Source of the DNA: a virus | Lineage: Duplodnaviria > Caudoviricetes | Length of the DNA stretch: 52,442 nucleotides | Virus record (IMG/VR): IMGVR_UViG_3300045911_000060 | Location: 1-52,442 of that record | Strand: one strand, 5' to 3' | Shown: positions 1-9,552 of the stretch, piece by piece | How positions within the stretch are numbered: the stretch's first letter is position 1 | How the letters are laid out: every line of letters starts with the position of its first letter | Program-made: the position numbers and the translations under genes | The notes under the pieces: model-generated | What the model was told of the DNA's origin: nothing | Database searches by the model: none | Seen by the model: only the letters and a program-made list of their open reading frames with translations

Positions 1-13
1 GCCAAAATGGGGG

Positions 14-42
14 TTGACATATAGGTCGTGCTCCGGTATGAT
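14..42 (+). promoter_or_regulatory. Phage early sigma70-type promoter (TTGACATATAGGTC...TATGAT)
   Basis: TTGACA 14-19, 17-nt spacer, TATGAT 37-42; ATG at 49; extended -35 motif recurs 6 times in the window. Confidence 0.8.
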
Positions 43-48
43 GGAGTC

Positions 49-279
49 ATGAGCTACCATGTGGTTTACGAATTGGGCGGTCCCGGCACACTGAGCAAAC
101 GTGGGTTCGCCCACTTTGCCTGTTTCCTTGCGAAGTTTCTGAACCACAAAAAGGAACCGGTGACGCTGGACCGATATCGGCGCACGCTCACCGAAGTTCA
201 GGCAAGTGAACACAATTGCCTGTTGTGCAAGGCCAAGCTCAACGAACCCTCTCTGATGCCGGTCGAACCGGTCGCGTAG
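49..279 (+). CDS. hypothetical protein (CxxC near C-terminus)
   Basis: ORF; start moved to ATG 49, 6 nt after the -10 box. Confidence 0.6.
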   Translation: MSYHVVYELGGPGTLSKRGFAHFACFLAKFLNHKKEPVTLDRYRRTLTEVQASEHNCLLCKAKLNEPSLMPVEPVA

Positions 280-330
280 GTTCCTTCAGTTCGACAAAGA
301 TGCCATTTCGATGGTGTCTAAATTGAACTG

Positions 331-588
331 ATGGAACCTATTTTCGTTGACCAAGACTCCCCTTCCGAAATCCAACTCGAACAAGGCAACCAGATTCCGA
401 TTCAACCGGCTGTGCAGACTCTTTTGCGCCGGTGGATCAAGGAACGCGACGCTCTTGAGAATCAAATCAATGGCGTGTTGCAGTCTTTCGTTGTCGGGCA
501 TCCCGGCGTGTGGGATCTGGACGACTCCATCGCATTCATGATCCGGCGTGCTCCAATCGCGGGCGCGGGCGGTCCTACGGAGCGATAA
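331..588 (+). CDS. hypothetical protein
   Basis: ORF ending 3 nt before the next start. Confidence 0.6.
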   Translation: MEPIFVDQDSPSEIQLEQGNQIPIQPAVQTLLRRWIKERDALENQINGVLQSFVVGHPGVWDLDDSIAFMIRRAPIAGAGGPTER

Positions 589-591
589 GAC

Positions 592-1791
592 ATGGCTGGC
601 ATCACGATTCAATTTCGGCGCGGGACGACTGCGAACCACAGCGCCTTCACTGGCGCGGCGGGCGAAATCACTGTTGACACGACAAAGTGGACTTTGGTGC
701 TCCACGACAATTCGACAGTGGGCGGGTTCGCCATGTCCAAGGAAGGACATACACATACCATCGCCAACATCACTGATATCCACTATCAGACGTTGCGCCG
801 GGCCGGTACACCCTTCACTCAGCGTTCCCGGATCAATTTCTCTTCCGGGTTCTCTCTGACGGACGATTCCGGCAATGACCAGACGACGGTGGATCTGAAC
901 GATTCTGGCGTCACTGGTGCCACGTATGGCAGCGGCACGACGGTCGCACAGGTACAGGTGTCTTCGAAGGGCATCATCACTTCCGCGTCCAGCGTTGCGA
1001 TTGACGTGACGGCTCTTCTGCCGACAGCGACGGGCAATGCTGGTAAGTTCCTATCCACAGATGGATCGACGGGCCGGTCGTGGGATCACCCGGTTACCGC
1101 CCCGGCGTATGCTAGCGCACCGGCCCCGGCGACTGGCAATACTGGTCGTGTGGTATTGCCGGGTACCGGTTTCGGTTTGCGCCGTTCGACGGGTTCGGTC
1201 TATGAAGCGTTTGGTCCGCTGGTGAAGTTTGAGACGCCGAACTTTGGTTCCTTCTCATGGATCAACCAAGGCGGATCAGCGGTATCATCCAGTTCGCTTG
1301 GTGGTGTGTTTATTGACACCGTGGCGGCGGAAGCATCAGAGAACCTTCGACTGATGCAAGCGTCTCTCAGCGCGGCCCCGTGGAAGATCACAGCGGCCTT
1401 CTATCCGTATCTCAATGGTTCCACCCCGGCAGAGTGTGGCATCTTCCTTCGGAACAGCACAGACAGCAAGATCGTGACCTACGGTGCGTCGTTTGGTTCA
1501 AGCACGTGGTTGCGCGCGGTCGGTACCAAATGGACCAATGAAACGACGGTTGATTCCACGTACTTCACGACTTCGTATGGACTGGTCGCTCAGCCGGTTT
1601 GGTTCCAGATCCAAGACGACGGTGCGGATCGGATCTTCCGTATCTCTATGAACGGCGTGCATTGGCACGATGTCAACAGCGTTGTCAACAGCGACTTCTT
1701 GAGTTCCCGGAGCCAGTATGGTTTCTATGTTTCTTCGCGGGCCGGTACGACGCGGGCGGCGATGGCGTTGATGAGCCTGATCGTCGAATAG
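592..1791 (+). CDS. tail fibre / receptor-binding protein (Mtd_N/hyaluronidase-like N-terminus, lectin-like C-terminus)
   Basis: N-term IQFRRGTTANHSAFTGAAGEITVDTTKWTLVLHD; S/T/G-rich; paralogous to 46566..48212. Confidence 0.75.
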   Translation: MAGITIQFRRGTTANHSAFTGAAGEITVDTTKWTLVLHDNSTVGGFAMSKEGHTHTIANITDIHYQTLRRAGTPFTQRSRINFSSGFSLTDDSGNDQTTVDLNDSGVTGATYGSGTTVAQVQVSSKGIITSASSVAIDVTALLPTATGNAGKFLSTDGSTGRSWDHPVTAPAYASAPAPATGNTGRVVLPGTGFGLRRSTGSVYEAFGPLVKFETPNFGSFSWINQGGSAVSSSSLGGVFIDTVAAEASENLRLMQASLSAAPWKITAAFYPYLNGSTPAECGIFLRNSTDSKIVTYGASFGSSTWLRAVGTKWTNETTVDSTYFTTSYGLVAQPVWFQIQDDGADRIFRISMNGVHWHDVNSVVNSDFLSSRSQYGFYVSSRAGTTRAAMALMSLIVE

Positions 1792-1843
1792 CGGGTATAA
1801 GTATACTGGTGACCCCAAATTTGGGTAAACAGGAGAACAGACA

Positions 1844-2095
1844 ATGAGTGCAAACAGTGGCCCTTCCGTTGCGTTGGATCAAGGTGCGACGGGGCGAATC
1901 ATGTTGGCGGCTCTTCGCCGCCTTCTAGCCGACCGTCAATCGGTGGTCGTGGAACTCAAGGACCCGCGTGGCATTTTCACGGTGCAAAAGGTGGATGGTC
2001 AAGTGAACGTCCGCCCGGCGACAGAAAAGGAAATTGATGCCTTCACCAGTTACGATAAAATTATGAATGCGATGAGTAAGAAAATCGCAGTCTAA
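1844..2095 (+). CDS. hypothetical protein
   Basis: ORF with AGGAG RBS. Confidence 0.65.
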   Translation: MSANSGPSVALDQGATGRIMLAALRRLLADRQSVVVELKDPRGIFTVQKVDGQVNVRPATEKEIDAFTSYDKIMNAMSKKIAV

Positions 2096-2253
2096 TGAAC
2101 TGGCGCGACATCATTTTCACACCGAAACTTTTCCCAACAATCCAGATCGGATTGAGTCTAGCGGCGGCTGTTTGGTACTACTCGACTGGCGACATTCGCC
2201 GGGCGATATACTGGATAGCCGCCGCTGTGTTGACTACGACCGTCACCTATTAG
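2095..2253 (+). CDS. small membrane protein, 52 aa (MNWRDIIFTPKLFPTIQIGLSLAAAVWYY...)
   Basis: Not in the ORF track; TAATG overlap with upstream gene; two hydrophobic segments. Confidence 0.6.
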   Translation: MNWRDIIFTPKLFPTIQIGLSLAAAVWYYSTGDIRRAIYWIAAAVLTTTVTY

Positions 2254-2963
2254 ATTGGACGCCGGTCGAAGATAGACCCGCGCTGTGGTGCCGCTTGCCG
2301 TTGAGGTAACGGCGGACGGGATGATGTTGCGGGCGCGGCGGACATCCTTCCACCATCCATGAAGACCGGCTGGACTGCATTAGCCTTTTCGAAGGCTGAA
2401 TTGCACGACAGAATGATAGACCGCAACATGAAGCCGGTCACCACTTCCACACCATTCTCGTTTACGATGGCCCCGGAGCTATCAGGCACAATACCACTAG
2501 GGACTGCCTTGTAGTGCCCGTGGAGCTTCGTGAAGATCGGCTGCATGGTTTCGTACCAAGGATTCGCGCGCGTGGACATATCGTGGATCGCGAAGCGAAT
2601 GGTCACATACCAACTGTTGTCCGCGTCTACGACTTTCATGTCGATGACTTGACCGATCATGCGATCCAGCCGCAAGGTGCCGTCCGGGTAGAATTCATCG
2701 GCAAGGCAAACGCCAAGTGGGTCATGTGCGGCTTCGATGACGGGTTGGTTAGAGAAGTACAGGCGTTGGGCGTTCAGGAAGTCCTTGCGGCTGTATCGGC
2801 GTCCGTTCTTGGTGACGCCACCATCGGCGATGATGGCGTCGTAGACACCGGTAGGGCGAAGACTGCTTTCCTTGATCGGCTCAAGAAGATCGTATGCGTT
2901 CCGATACGGAGCATACAGTTCGTTGATGGGGGTTCCTTTGATGCGTCTGTCAATTCTTTGCAC
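2250..2963 (-). CDS. putative prohead-protease (gp21)-like protein, catalytic motifs degenerate
   Basis: TKNGRRYS resembles gp21 NRNGRxYP; C-terminal VVTGFMLRSI...SAFEKA; TAAATG late-type box 5 nt upstream. Confidence 0.45.
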   Translation of the reverse strand: MQRIDRRIKGTPINELYAPYRNAYDLLEPIKESSLRPTGVYDAIIADGGVTKNGRRYSRKDFLNAQRLYFSNQPVIEAAHDPLGVCLADEFYPDGTLRLDRMIGQVIDMKVVDADNSWYVTIRFAIHDMSTRANPWYETMQPIFTKLHGHYKAVPSGIVPDSSGAIVNENGVEVVTGFMLRSIILSCNSAFEKANAVQPVFMDGGRMSAAPATSSRPPLPQRQAAPQRGSIFDRRPI

Positions 2964-2971
2964 GCTGACAT

Positions 2972-3121
2972 TTAGTCGCGGCGAAATCGTTTCGACAATG
3001 CGTTCAGTTTGGTATCGAAGGACTTGCGCCAGAACAGGAAAGAGATGGCCGAACCAACGATCAACCCAATCAAAAATGATCCAATACCGATCCAGATGAG
3101 CACGGTCGTTCCGCCTTTCAT
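2972..3121 (-). CDS. small membrane protein, 49 aa (MKGGTTVLIWIGIGSFLIGLIVGSAISFLFWRK...)
   Basis: Not in the ORF track; ATGA overlap with the Thg1 stop; one TM helix plus basic tail. Confidence 0.6.
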   Translation of the reverse strand: MKGGTTVLIWIGIGSFLIGLIVGSAISFLFWRKSFDTKLNALSKRFRRD

Positions 3122-3840
3122 TCAGTCGGCATGAACCGACCTACGAATTTCTGATCCCGGACGAACTCCGGGATGTCCTTGTCAGTATACCAGTTTGCGA
3201 CTTTGATGCGACCCGGTGCTTTCTTATAGACAGCGGTTCCCCGGCGGAACCATGCTGGCGTCTCTTCCCATTTGACTTTCTTCTCTTTGCGCAAGAGTTC
3301 GATGGCGTCTTTCGACGAAACCTTGTGGAGACGTTTGGCGCTGAAGTGGTGGCGGGCCAGCATCGAAACACTGTTGCGGATCGCGTCCTGTTGCCGCCAG
3401 ATGAAGTAGTTGACGACTTCGTGTTGTGCCGGGATGATGAAGGCGCGGGCGTCGAACTGCCCCATGAGATTCGGGGAAATCTTCATCATGGAGTAGTTGA
3501 AATACGCGGTGAAGGCGGAAGCCGCGATAGTTTCGATCTTGGACTTGTTCCCACCGAACCACATTTGTGTTTCGTGGGTGTCGTAGTCGGTCGCAAGGAA
3601 GCTGGCTTCGTCGCTCTGTGTATAGGCGAACTTGCAACCGCCGATCTCTTCGGCCACCATCCGGGTAGCGAAGGTCATGGCATCATGAATCGTTTCGTCG
3701 TAGGGACGTTTGAAAGGCTTCGTGAAAGTGTGAAAAGCCCGTCCGTCGATGCGAACGATGAGGTTAGTCCGTTGGGGAAGTACTTGACGAAAAGGGTCTT
3801 CGTACTTCCCTTTCATCCGGTCGCCTAGAGAATCCTTCAT
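3118..3840 (-). CDS. tRNA(His) guanylyltransferase Thg1-like protein (3'-5' polymerase)
   Basis: SLGDRMKxYE, RIDGRAFHTFT, YTQSDE, FDAR, YFIWRQQDAIRNS motifs. Confidence 0.93.
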   Translation of the reverse strand: MKDSLGDRMKGKYEDPFRQVLPQRTNLIVRIDGRAFHTFTKPFKRPYDETIHDAMTFATRMVAEEIGGCKFAYTQSDEASFLATDYDTHETQMWFGGNKSKIETIAASAFTAYFNYSMMKISPNLMGQFDARAFIIPAQHEVVNYFIWRQQDAIRNSVSMLARHHFSAKRLHKVSSKDAIELLRKEKKVKWEETPAWFRRGTAVYKKAPGRIKVANWYTDKDIPEFVRDQKFVGRFMPTE

Positions 3841-3880
3841 TCCCCAATTCTAAGCGACCGGGCAAGAGTGCGAAAATCCG

Positions 3881-4273
3881 TTATGCGCTGGCAGCTTGTT
3901 CCGGTTGTTCTTCCCGGCGCAACTTCCTCCAGTTCCACCCACGAATGACAGCGACAGGAGCGGGTTCCGGCATGGGTTCCGGTTTCGGCTCTTCGATGCG
4001 AAGCGGAGCAAATTTCCGTTCATTGACCGGCGCGATCTTCGTTCGCTCCATCACCGTGTAGTAGGAATCGACGAAAGCGTCCGCACCCCGGACGATAGCC
4101 GCGATCCACCGTTGATACTCATACAGCCGGTAGATGAAGTTCTGGAGCATCCGGCGACGCACATTGCGTTCGACGTGGCCGATGTGCCGGATGAGGAACC
4201 ACCCCACGAAAAAGAACGCTATGACGAAGAGAAGCACTAGTGTGGATTCTGGTATTGCTTGTGTTTGTCGCAT
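3881..4273 (-). CDS. hypothetical membrane protein
   Basis: N-terminal TM segment. Confidence 0.6.
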   Translation of the reverse strand: MRQTQAIPESTLVLLFVIAFFFVGWFLIRHIGHVERNVRRRMLQNFIYRLYEYQRWIAAIVRGADAFVDSYYTVMERTKIAPVNERKFAPLRIEEPKPEPMPEPAPVAVIRGWNWRKLRREEQPEQAASA

Positions 4274-4333
4274 ACCTGATTAGTATGTCAGAAATCTCGT
4301 TTCGCGTCAACTGGCGCGCTCTAAATGTCTGGC

Positions 4334-5488
4334 ATGCTAGAACTTCAGCGTGCCCTGCGAACAGGCGAAGAGACGACGGAATCACTGTCGGCACGTGGCA
4401 TCCGTGCCAAAGAGCACCCGGAATATCCGGGCCTTTGGCATTTCAGCTACGATCAACTTGAAGCCAAACCAAGTGATCCGATGGTCCGGGAAGCGCGCGG
4501 GTTGATCCTTGACCAGAATGACGATTGGAAAGTCGTCGCCGCGCCGTTCTTCCGTTTTGCCAATCACGGCGAATCGTGGGCCGATGCGATTGACTGGTCT
4601 ACAGCCGTCGTGCAAGAGAAGGTAGACGGATCGTTGATGATTGTCTGGTACTACAACGGTCAATGGAACGTCAGCACCAAGGGAAGCCCGAACGCGGGCG
4701 GTCAGGTGGACGTGCATCCGTTCACGTTCTCTGAGTTGTTCTGGCGGGTCTGGAAGGATCGCGGTTTCTCCACCGGGTACATGCATCCTCTGTTCACGTA
4801 TATGTTTGAACTGGTGTCCCCGTACAATCGGGTAGTGTGCAACTACGGAGAACCGAATCTCATTTTCCTTGGCGCGCGGAACAATGAAACTTTGGTCGAA
4901 CAATCGGCACATGAGTGGGCATGCGAATACTTGCCGGTGCCGGTTGCTCACTATCCGTTGAACAGTCTGGACGATGTGATCGCGGCGGCGCAAAAGTTGA
5001 CCCCGGAGTCGGGCGAAGGTTTTGTCGTGGTGGATGGACAGTACCGCCGGGTGAAGATCAAATCCCCGGCCTACGTCTTGGTTCACCATGCCAAGGATGG
5101 ATTCGGCCAGCGGCGGATCATTGATCTGATTCGTTTGGGTGAAACCAGCGAAGTGCTCAGCTACTTCCCGGAGTACCAACAGCAGTACGATGAACTGAAT
5201 TCCGCATTGGATGAACTGGTCGCAGAGTTGGAAGAGGCGTATGCCAAAATTCAACACATCGAAATCCAAAAGGACTTCGCGGTCGAAGCGTTGAAGACTC
5301 GATATTCGGCGGCGCTGTTCCAGACGCGGAATGGTCGTACAACGTCCATTCGGTCGGCTGTGCTGGCCGCGTCAACTGAAGTGCTCGAAAGGTTGCTTGG
5401 TGCCCGGAAAACCCGTGTTATCATTCCACATGCGGGAAATCCTACGGAAGATGCGCCAATGCCTGACACGGAAGAAGGAAGCGCCTGA
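4334..5488 (+). CDS. T4 Rnl1-family RNA ligase
   Basis: REARGLI, FFRF, EKVDGS (motif I), FEL, EGFVV, RVKIKS; start 4334 chosen from TAAATG box 6 nt upstream. Confidence 0.9.
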   Translation: MLELQRALRTGEETTESLSARGIRAKEHPEYPGLWHFSYDQLEAKPSDPMVREARGLILDQNDDWKVVAAPFFRFANHGESWADAIDWSTAVVQEKVDGSLMIVWYYNGQWNVSTKGSPNAGGQVDVHPFTFSELFWRVWKDRGFSTGYMHPLFTYMFELVSPYNRVVCNYGEPNLIFLGARNNETLVEQSAHEWACEYLPVPVAHYPLNSLDDVIAAAQKLTPESGEGFVVVDGQYRRVKIKSPAYVLVHHAKDGFGQRRIIDLIRLGETSEVLSYFPEYQQQYDELNSALDELVAELEEAYAKIQHIEIQKDFAVEALKTRYSAALFQTRNGRTTSIRSAVLAASTEVLERLLGARKTRVIIPHAGNPTEDAPMPDTEEGSA

Positions 5489-5636
5489 ACCAGAAGTCAT
5501 CCGTGGGCCGGACGACATGCGCAAAATAATGGAAGACGCCGGGATGATCGTGATCCAACACGATTGCGGTCCCGGCGTCTTCTTCTTTGAACGGGTACCC
5601 GATTCCGTCTTCGAAGAAATTGAAAAGAGTGCTTGA
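5451..5636 (+). CDS. hypothetical protein
   Basis: Short ORF filling the gap before the next promoter. Confidence 0.4.
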   Translation: MRQCLTRKKEAPEPEVIRGPDDMRKIMEDAGMIVIQHDCGPGVFFFERVPDSVFEEIEKSA

Positions 5637-5661
5637 CATATAAGTCCCATTGTGCGAAGAT
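5633..5661 (+). promoter_or_regulatory. early promoter (TTGACATATAAGTC, weak -10 GAAGAT)
   Basis: Copy of the repeated extended -35 motif. Confidence 0.6.
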
Positions 5662-5683
5662 TGGATCAGGAGAGAGAAAACAA

Positions 5684-6034
5684 ATGGGACGTAGCAGAAC
5701 TTGCAAGTACAAAGTTGAAGAGATTTACGGTCGGGGCACCAATCTTGCCCCGGCGGTCTACGGTGCCGACAAGTTGCCGAAAGACATTGAACGCCACGTG
5801 ATGTGCAACGTGGTCAGCACGATGCCCGGCTTCATCAATGAAGCGGTCGGGTATCAGTTCGGGATCACGATTCCCGCGCTGGTCCGCTACACCGCTCAGC
5901 TTGGCCCGAAGGCCGGTGAAGTGGTTCGCGAATGGAAGTGCCCCGCGTTCATGGTGTTGCCGGACCCGGCGAACTATCCCGAAGTCGCCAAGCACCCGAA
6001 CCCGAAGCCGAAGGCGGAACCGGTCGATGCCTAA
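5684..6034 (+). CDS. hypothetical protein
   Basis: ATG with AGGAGAG RBS downstream of the promoter. Confidence 0.65.
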   Translation: MGRSRTCKYKVEEIYGRGTNLAPAVYGADKLPKDIERHVMCNVVSTMPGFINEAVGYQFGITIPALVRYTAQLGPKAGEVVREWKCPAFMVLPDPANYPEVAKHPNPKPKAEPVDA

Positions 6035-6347
6035 GTTCACCGTCGCATCCCGCAACATGTCCATCGAAATTGCAGAAGAGGACATGTTGGCGATCCTTCG
6101 TGCGGAAGCTGGTCGCAATGCCGTGCCTGTGGCCTTAGTGACGAAGCTGGACGATCTTGGTGGTGTCTACGACATCAACTATGACGGCCATTTTGGACCG
6201 GCCATCTATTGCGCCATTGAGTTCCCGGAGCCAAAGGGCCTTCGGAAGAAGATCAAGGACATCATCAAGGCGCATGTGAAGGAATGCCGGGAGTGGGTAG
6301 CAACCCCGCCGGAAGAGTTCGAACAGCGCGCGAAACGAGTTTGTTAG
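6027..6347 (+). CDS. hypothetical protein
   Basis: ORF from MPKFTVAS, overlaps the upstream stop. Confidence 0.6.
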   Translation: MPKFTVASRNMSIEIAEEDMLAILRAEAGRNAVPVALVTKLDDLGGVYDINYDGHFGPAIYCAIEFPEPKGLRKKIKDIIKAHVKECREWVATPPEEFEQRAKRVC

Positions 6348-6413
6348 TCGGTTTTTCTCTCCACCATTCGGTGCGAACATTGGACCGTGGGACTAAACAG
6401 TCCCGTGAGTTTT

Positions 6414-6869
6414 ATGACGCGAACCGAATACATTGACTGGCTCATCGCAAAACACGAAGATGAACCAGATGACGCGGCGGAACGCATCCGCCGCGATTTT
6501 TTTGAAACCCTTCGACATGCCGGATTGATCGTTCCCGACGATCAGGACACCCGTCCTGTGCGCACCGGATTCATGTGCAAAGTAGACTTTGAATGTGAGC
6601 TAGGCGGCGCGATGGGTGGCAACCACGTCTATCCATCGATTCATGATTTGCGGGCAAACCGCAAGTGTGTCAATGGTCTGTCGGACATCGCTGAAGTCGA
6701 AGTACAGGAAGTGCGCGTCGTCGAAGAGAGTGACTTCGAAGGTGGTGGATGTGGGATCACCGAAGTTCGCGTGCGCCAGCTTCGGGACGCCACCGAAGAG
6801 GATGTGAAGGCCGAAGAAGAAGCCCACGCGGAGTGGGAAGCCAAGTGGGGCAGAAAGGAAGATGTTTGA
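6414..6869 (+). CDS. hypothetical protein
   Basis: ORF coupled to the methyltransferase. Confidence 0.6.
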   Translation: MTRTEYIDWLIAKHEDEPDDAAERIRRDFFETLRHAGLIVPDDQDTRPVRTGFMCKVDFECELGGAMGGNHVYPSIHDLRANRKCVNGLSDIAEVEVQEVRVVEESDFEGGGCGITEVRVRQLRDATEEDVKAEEEAHAEWEAKWGRKEDV

Positions 6870-7674
6870 GCTTCATCGCGGCGATTGCCTAGACGTGATG
6901 AAGACGATACCGGACGAATCGTTCGATCTTGTCATCACCAGTCCGCCCTACAACATCCACAACACGACCGGCGGCGGATTCTCGAAGAACGTATGGGAAA
7001 GTTCCCTGTGGAAAGGACCGGCGATTGCTGACGCCTACGACGGCACTGAAGACGCTTTACCGCGTCCGGTGTATGTGGAGTGGCAGAAAGCCGTCCTGAG
7101 CGAAGCCTACAGGCTTCTGAAGCCCACCGGAGCCATCTATTACAACCACAAGCCCCGTGTGCAAGCCGGGATCTATGAAATGCCGTTGGAACTGAATCCC
7201 GGTCTTCCTTTGCGTCAGATCGTGATCTGGCGGAAGTCGGGCGGGATCAATTTCAGTCCGACGTTCTACCAGCCGTGGACGGAATGGATCATGATCTTTG
7301 CGAAGCCCGGTTTCCGGTTGAAGAGCAAAGGCGCGTCTGGCATGGGTGACGTGTGGGAGTTTGTTGTGGAGCGGAGAAACCCGCACCCGGCGGCGTTTCC
7401 CATTGAGTTGCCAGATCGCATTTTGCAGACCGCCCCGGCACAAAGAGTGCTGGACCCGTTTATGGGATCGGGCACCACGGGGATCGCATGCATCAAGCAT
7501 GGTGTCGATTTCGTGGGAATCGAAAAGAGCCAGAAGTACTACGAAATGGCGAAGTATCGATTGGAACAGGCCGCGCTTGGTGACTTCACGACATGGAAGG
7601 AACAGTTCGACGATACGTGCAACCCGTTGCCGCCGAAGACTGTGAGCCTGTTTGACAAGTTCACGGAAGACTAA
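6862..7674 (+). CDS. DNA amino-methyltransferase (N4-C/N6-A, beta class)
   Basis: TSPPY catalytic motif precedes HPAAFP and DPFMGSGTTG SAM motif. Confidence 0.92.
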   Translation: MFELHRGDCLDVMKTIPDESFDLVITSPPYNIHNTTGGGFSKNVWESSLWKGPAIADAYDGTEDALPRPVYVEWQKAVLSEAYRLLKPTGAIYYNHKPRVQAGIYEMPLELNPGLPLRQIVIWRKSGGINFSPTFYQPWTEWIMIFAKPGFRLKSKGASGMGDVWEFVVERRNPHPAAFPIELPDRILQTAPAQRVLDPFMGSGTTGIACIKHGVDFVGIEKSQKYYEMAKYRLEQAALGDFTTWKEQFDDTCNPLPPKTVSLFDKFTED

Positions 7675-7733
7675 GGGGTACTAAGGTTTTCATCCCATTG
7701 AAATGATTCGTGTGTTCCAGTACCGTGAAAAGT

Positions 7734-8105
7734 ATGGAGCACACGATATCGGGACAAGAATGCGCGGACATTTTGACTGCGCTCAAGGTGAACGGGTATC
7801 TTCGTCTTCCCGGCGATCATCCTGTTCTCTCACAGCTTTTGGACAGCCGGGTGGTGAAGTTCCGCCCGTTCTATGAGAAGGAAGACGATCAGAACGTCTT
7901 CTTACAAACGATCAACACGAAGAAGCAAGGCATCAAGACCGCGCTTGAGCGGAATGATTTTCCGGGGATCATGAAACTGGCCTTGGCGATTCAAGAGATC
8001 AGTACCGCTATCACCGATCATGTGTGGGTAGCGAACGTTTCTGACGAAGTGTTGGACCAGTGGATTGACATGTTCCAAAACGATTTCGCCTCCGTCGCTG
8101 CGTAG
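7734..8105 (+). CDS. hypothetical protein
   Basis: ORF. Confidence 0.55.
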   Translation: MEHTISGQECADILTALKVNGYLRLPGDHPVLSQLLDSRVVKFRPFYEKEDDQNVFLQTINTKKQGIKTALERNDFPGIMKLALAIQEISTAITDHVWVANVSDEVLDQWIDMFQNDFASVAA

Positions 8106-8156
8106 AACCCACAACTCGTTTTTCGAAAACGACCCATTCCGATAAATACTTCGCGA

Positions 8157-8396
8157 ATGGGTCGTCCTCATTTGTACAAGCGATTCCGTGAAGGGATCGT
8201 GATAGGAAGTCTGAGCCTGTATCGCATCCGCAACGAAGCGGATTGGGCAGCGATGCAGATGGGACTCCGTGGCTCTCACCCGGTCGAATATCAGGGTGAG
8301 ACGTACTATCGTCCGGGCGACACCCCCGCCGCGTTTGAAGCCGCCTTCCACCGTCCAGTCAAATCATTCCAAGAATTCGTAGAGGACAACCGCTAG
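8157..8396 (+). CDS. hypothetical protein
   Basis: ORF preceded by TAAATA 8143-8148. Confidence 0.6.
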   Translation: MGRPHLYKRFREGIVIGSLSLYRIRNEADWAAMQMGLRGSHPVEYQGETYYRPGDTPAAFEAAFHRPVKSFQEFVEDNR

Positions 8397-8413
8397 ATAG
8401 TTGCGGAGACACT

Positions 8414-8698
8414 ATGCCCACCTACGAATACTCTTGCACTGCCTGTACCGAAGCCTTCGAGCGCCGCCTTTCAATGGATCGCCACACGGAGCCGGAAACC
8501 CAACCGTGCCCCGCTTGCGGCAAAGAGAACACCGTCAAACAACAAGTATCCATGTTTGCGTTAGGTGATCCGATTCGCCTTGGAATTACCCGGCCTGACG
8601 GCGGCTTCACGGAAGTGATGGACCGCATCAAGAAACAGCACCCGGTTAGCCCTATGGCAAGGAATACCAGCAAATACGGGAGAACAGGAGTGGTGTGA
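8414..8698 (+). CDS. FmdB-family zinc-ribbon protein
   Basis: MPTYEYSCTAC...CPACG; usual position upstream of phoH in T4-like phages. Confidence 0.85.
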   Translation: MPTYEYSCTACTEAFERRLSMDRHTEPETQPCPACGKENTVKQQVSMFALGDPIRLGITRPDGGFTEVMDRIKKQHPVSPMARNTSKYGRTGVV

Positions 8699-9489
8699 GC
8701 GGCAACCACAATCATCAACGTAAACCCAAGGTTGTCGCTAAGGAGACTGGAACCAAACCAATGTCAAAGAAAAAGCGGCAACCGACTGAACAGCAGTCAT
8801 CATTTCAGCTTCGACCGAAGAAGATTGTCCCGCTGAATGATGCGCAAAGAGACATGTTTGATGACTATCGGGAAGGATACAACCTCTTCCTGAATGGTTG
8901 CGCCGGAACAGGCAAAACGTTCTGTGCCATCTATCTAGCTTTGCGCGACGTGATGATGCCAAATTCGAAGTATCAACGAATTTACATCGTCCGTTCGGCT
9001 GTCCCGTCACGGGATATGGGATTCTTGCCCGGTAAGTTGAAAGAGAAGTTGGAAGCCTATGAATCTCCCTATCGCGGGATCTTGGGAAAGATTTGCGACC
9101 GGGGCAACGCATGGGAAATTGCGATCCAACGTGGTTACGTCGAAGTGATTTCGACCAGCTACTTGCGCGGTATGACACTGGAAAATTGCATCGTCATCGT
9201 AGACGAAGTGCAAAATATGAACTACGAAGAACTGGCGACAGTCATCACCCGCCTTGGGGACGATTCGCGGGTGATCTTCTGTGGTGACACCAAGCAAGAC
9301 GATCTGTACCGCAACAAGTACGACACCAGCGGCATGGCTCAGTTTGAAAACGTGATCGACCGAATGGAGTCAATGCGAATTGTCGAATTCCTGCCGGAAG
9401 ACATTGTTCGATCCGGTATCTGCCGGGAGTTCATTTTGGCTGAATTGGGCATCACGCCAGAACAAGAGGCACCAGCGGAAGCCGTGTAG
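8695..9489 (+). CDS. phoH: PhoH-family ATPase
   Basis: GCAGTGKT Walker A, GFLPG, YLRGMT, IVDEVQN, GDTKQDD, DIVRSG. Confidence 0.93.
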   Translation: MSGNHNHQRKPKVVAKETGTKPMSKKKRQPTEQQSSFQLRPKKIVPLNDAQRDMFDDYREGYNLFLNGCAGTGKTFCAIYLALRDVMMPNSKYQRIYIVRSAVPSRDMGFLPGKLKEKLEAYESPYRGILGKICDRGNAWEIAIQRGYVEVISTSYLRGMTLENCIVIVDEVQNMNYEELATVITRLGDDSRVIFCGDTKQDDLYRNKYDTSGMAQFENVIDRMESMRIVEFLPEDIVRSGICREFILAELGITPEQEAPAEAV

Positions 9490-9552
9490 CTTCCCATTTT
9501 TGACCCTACATTTCGGATGCTAATCTGGCGGCTGAGTACTAATTCAGCCGCC

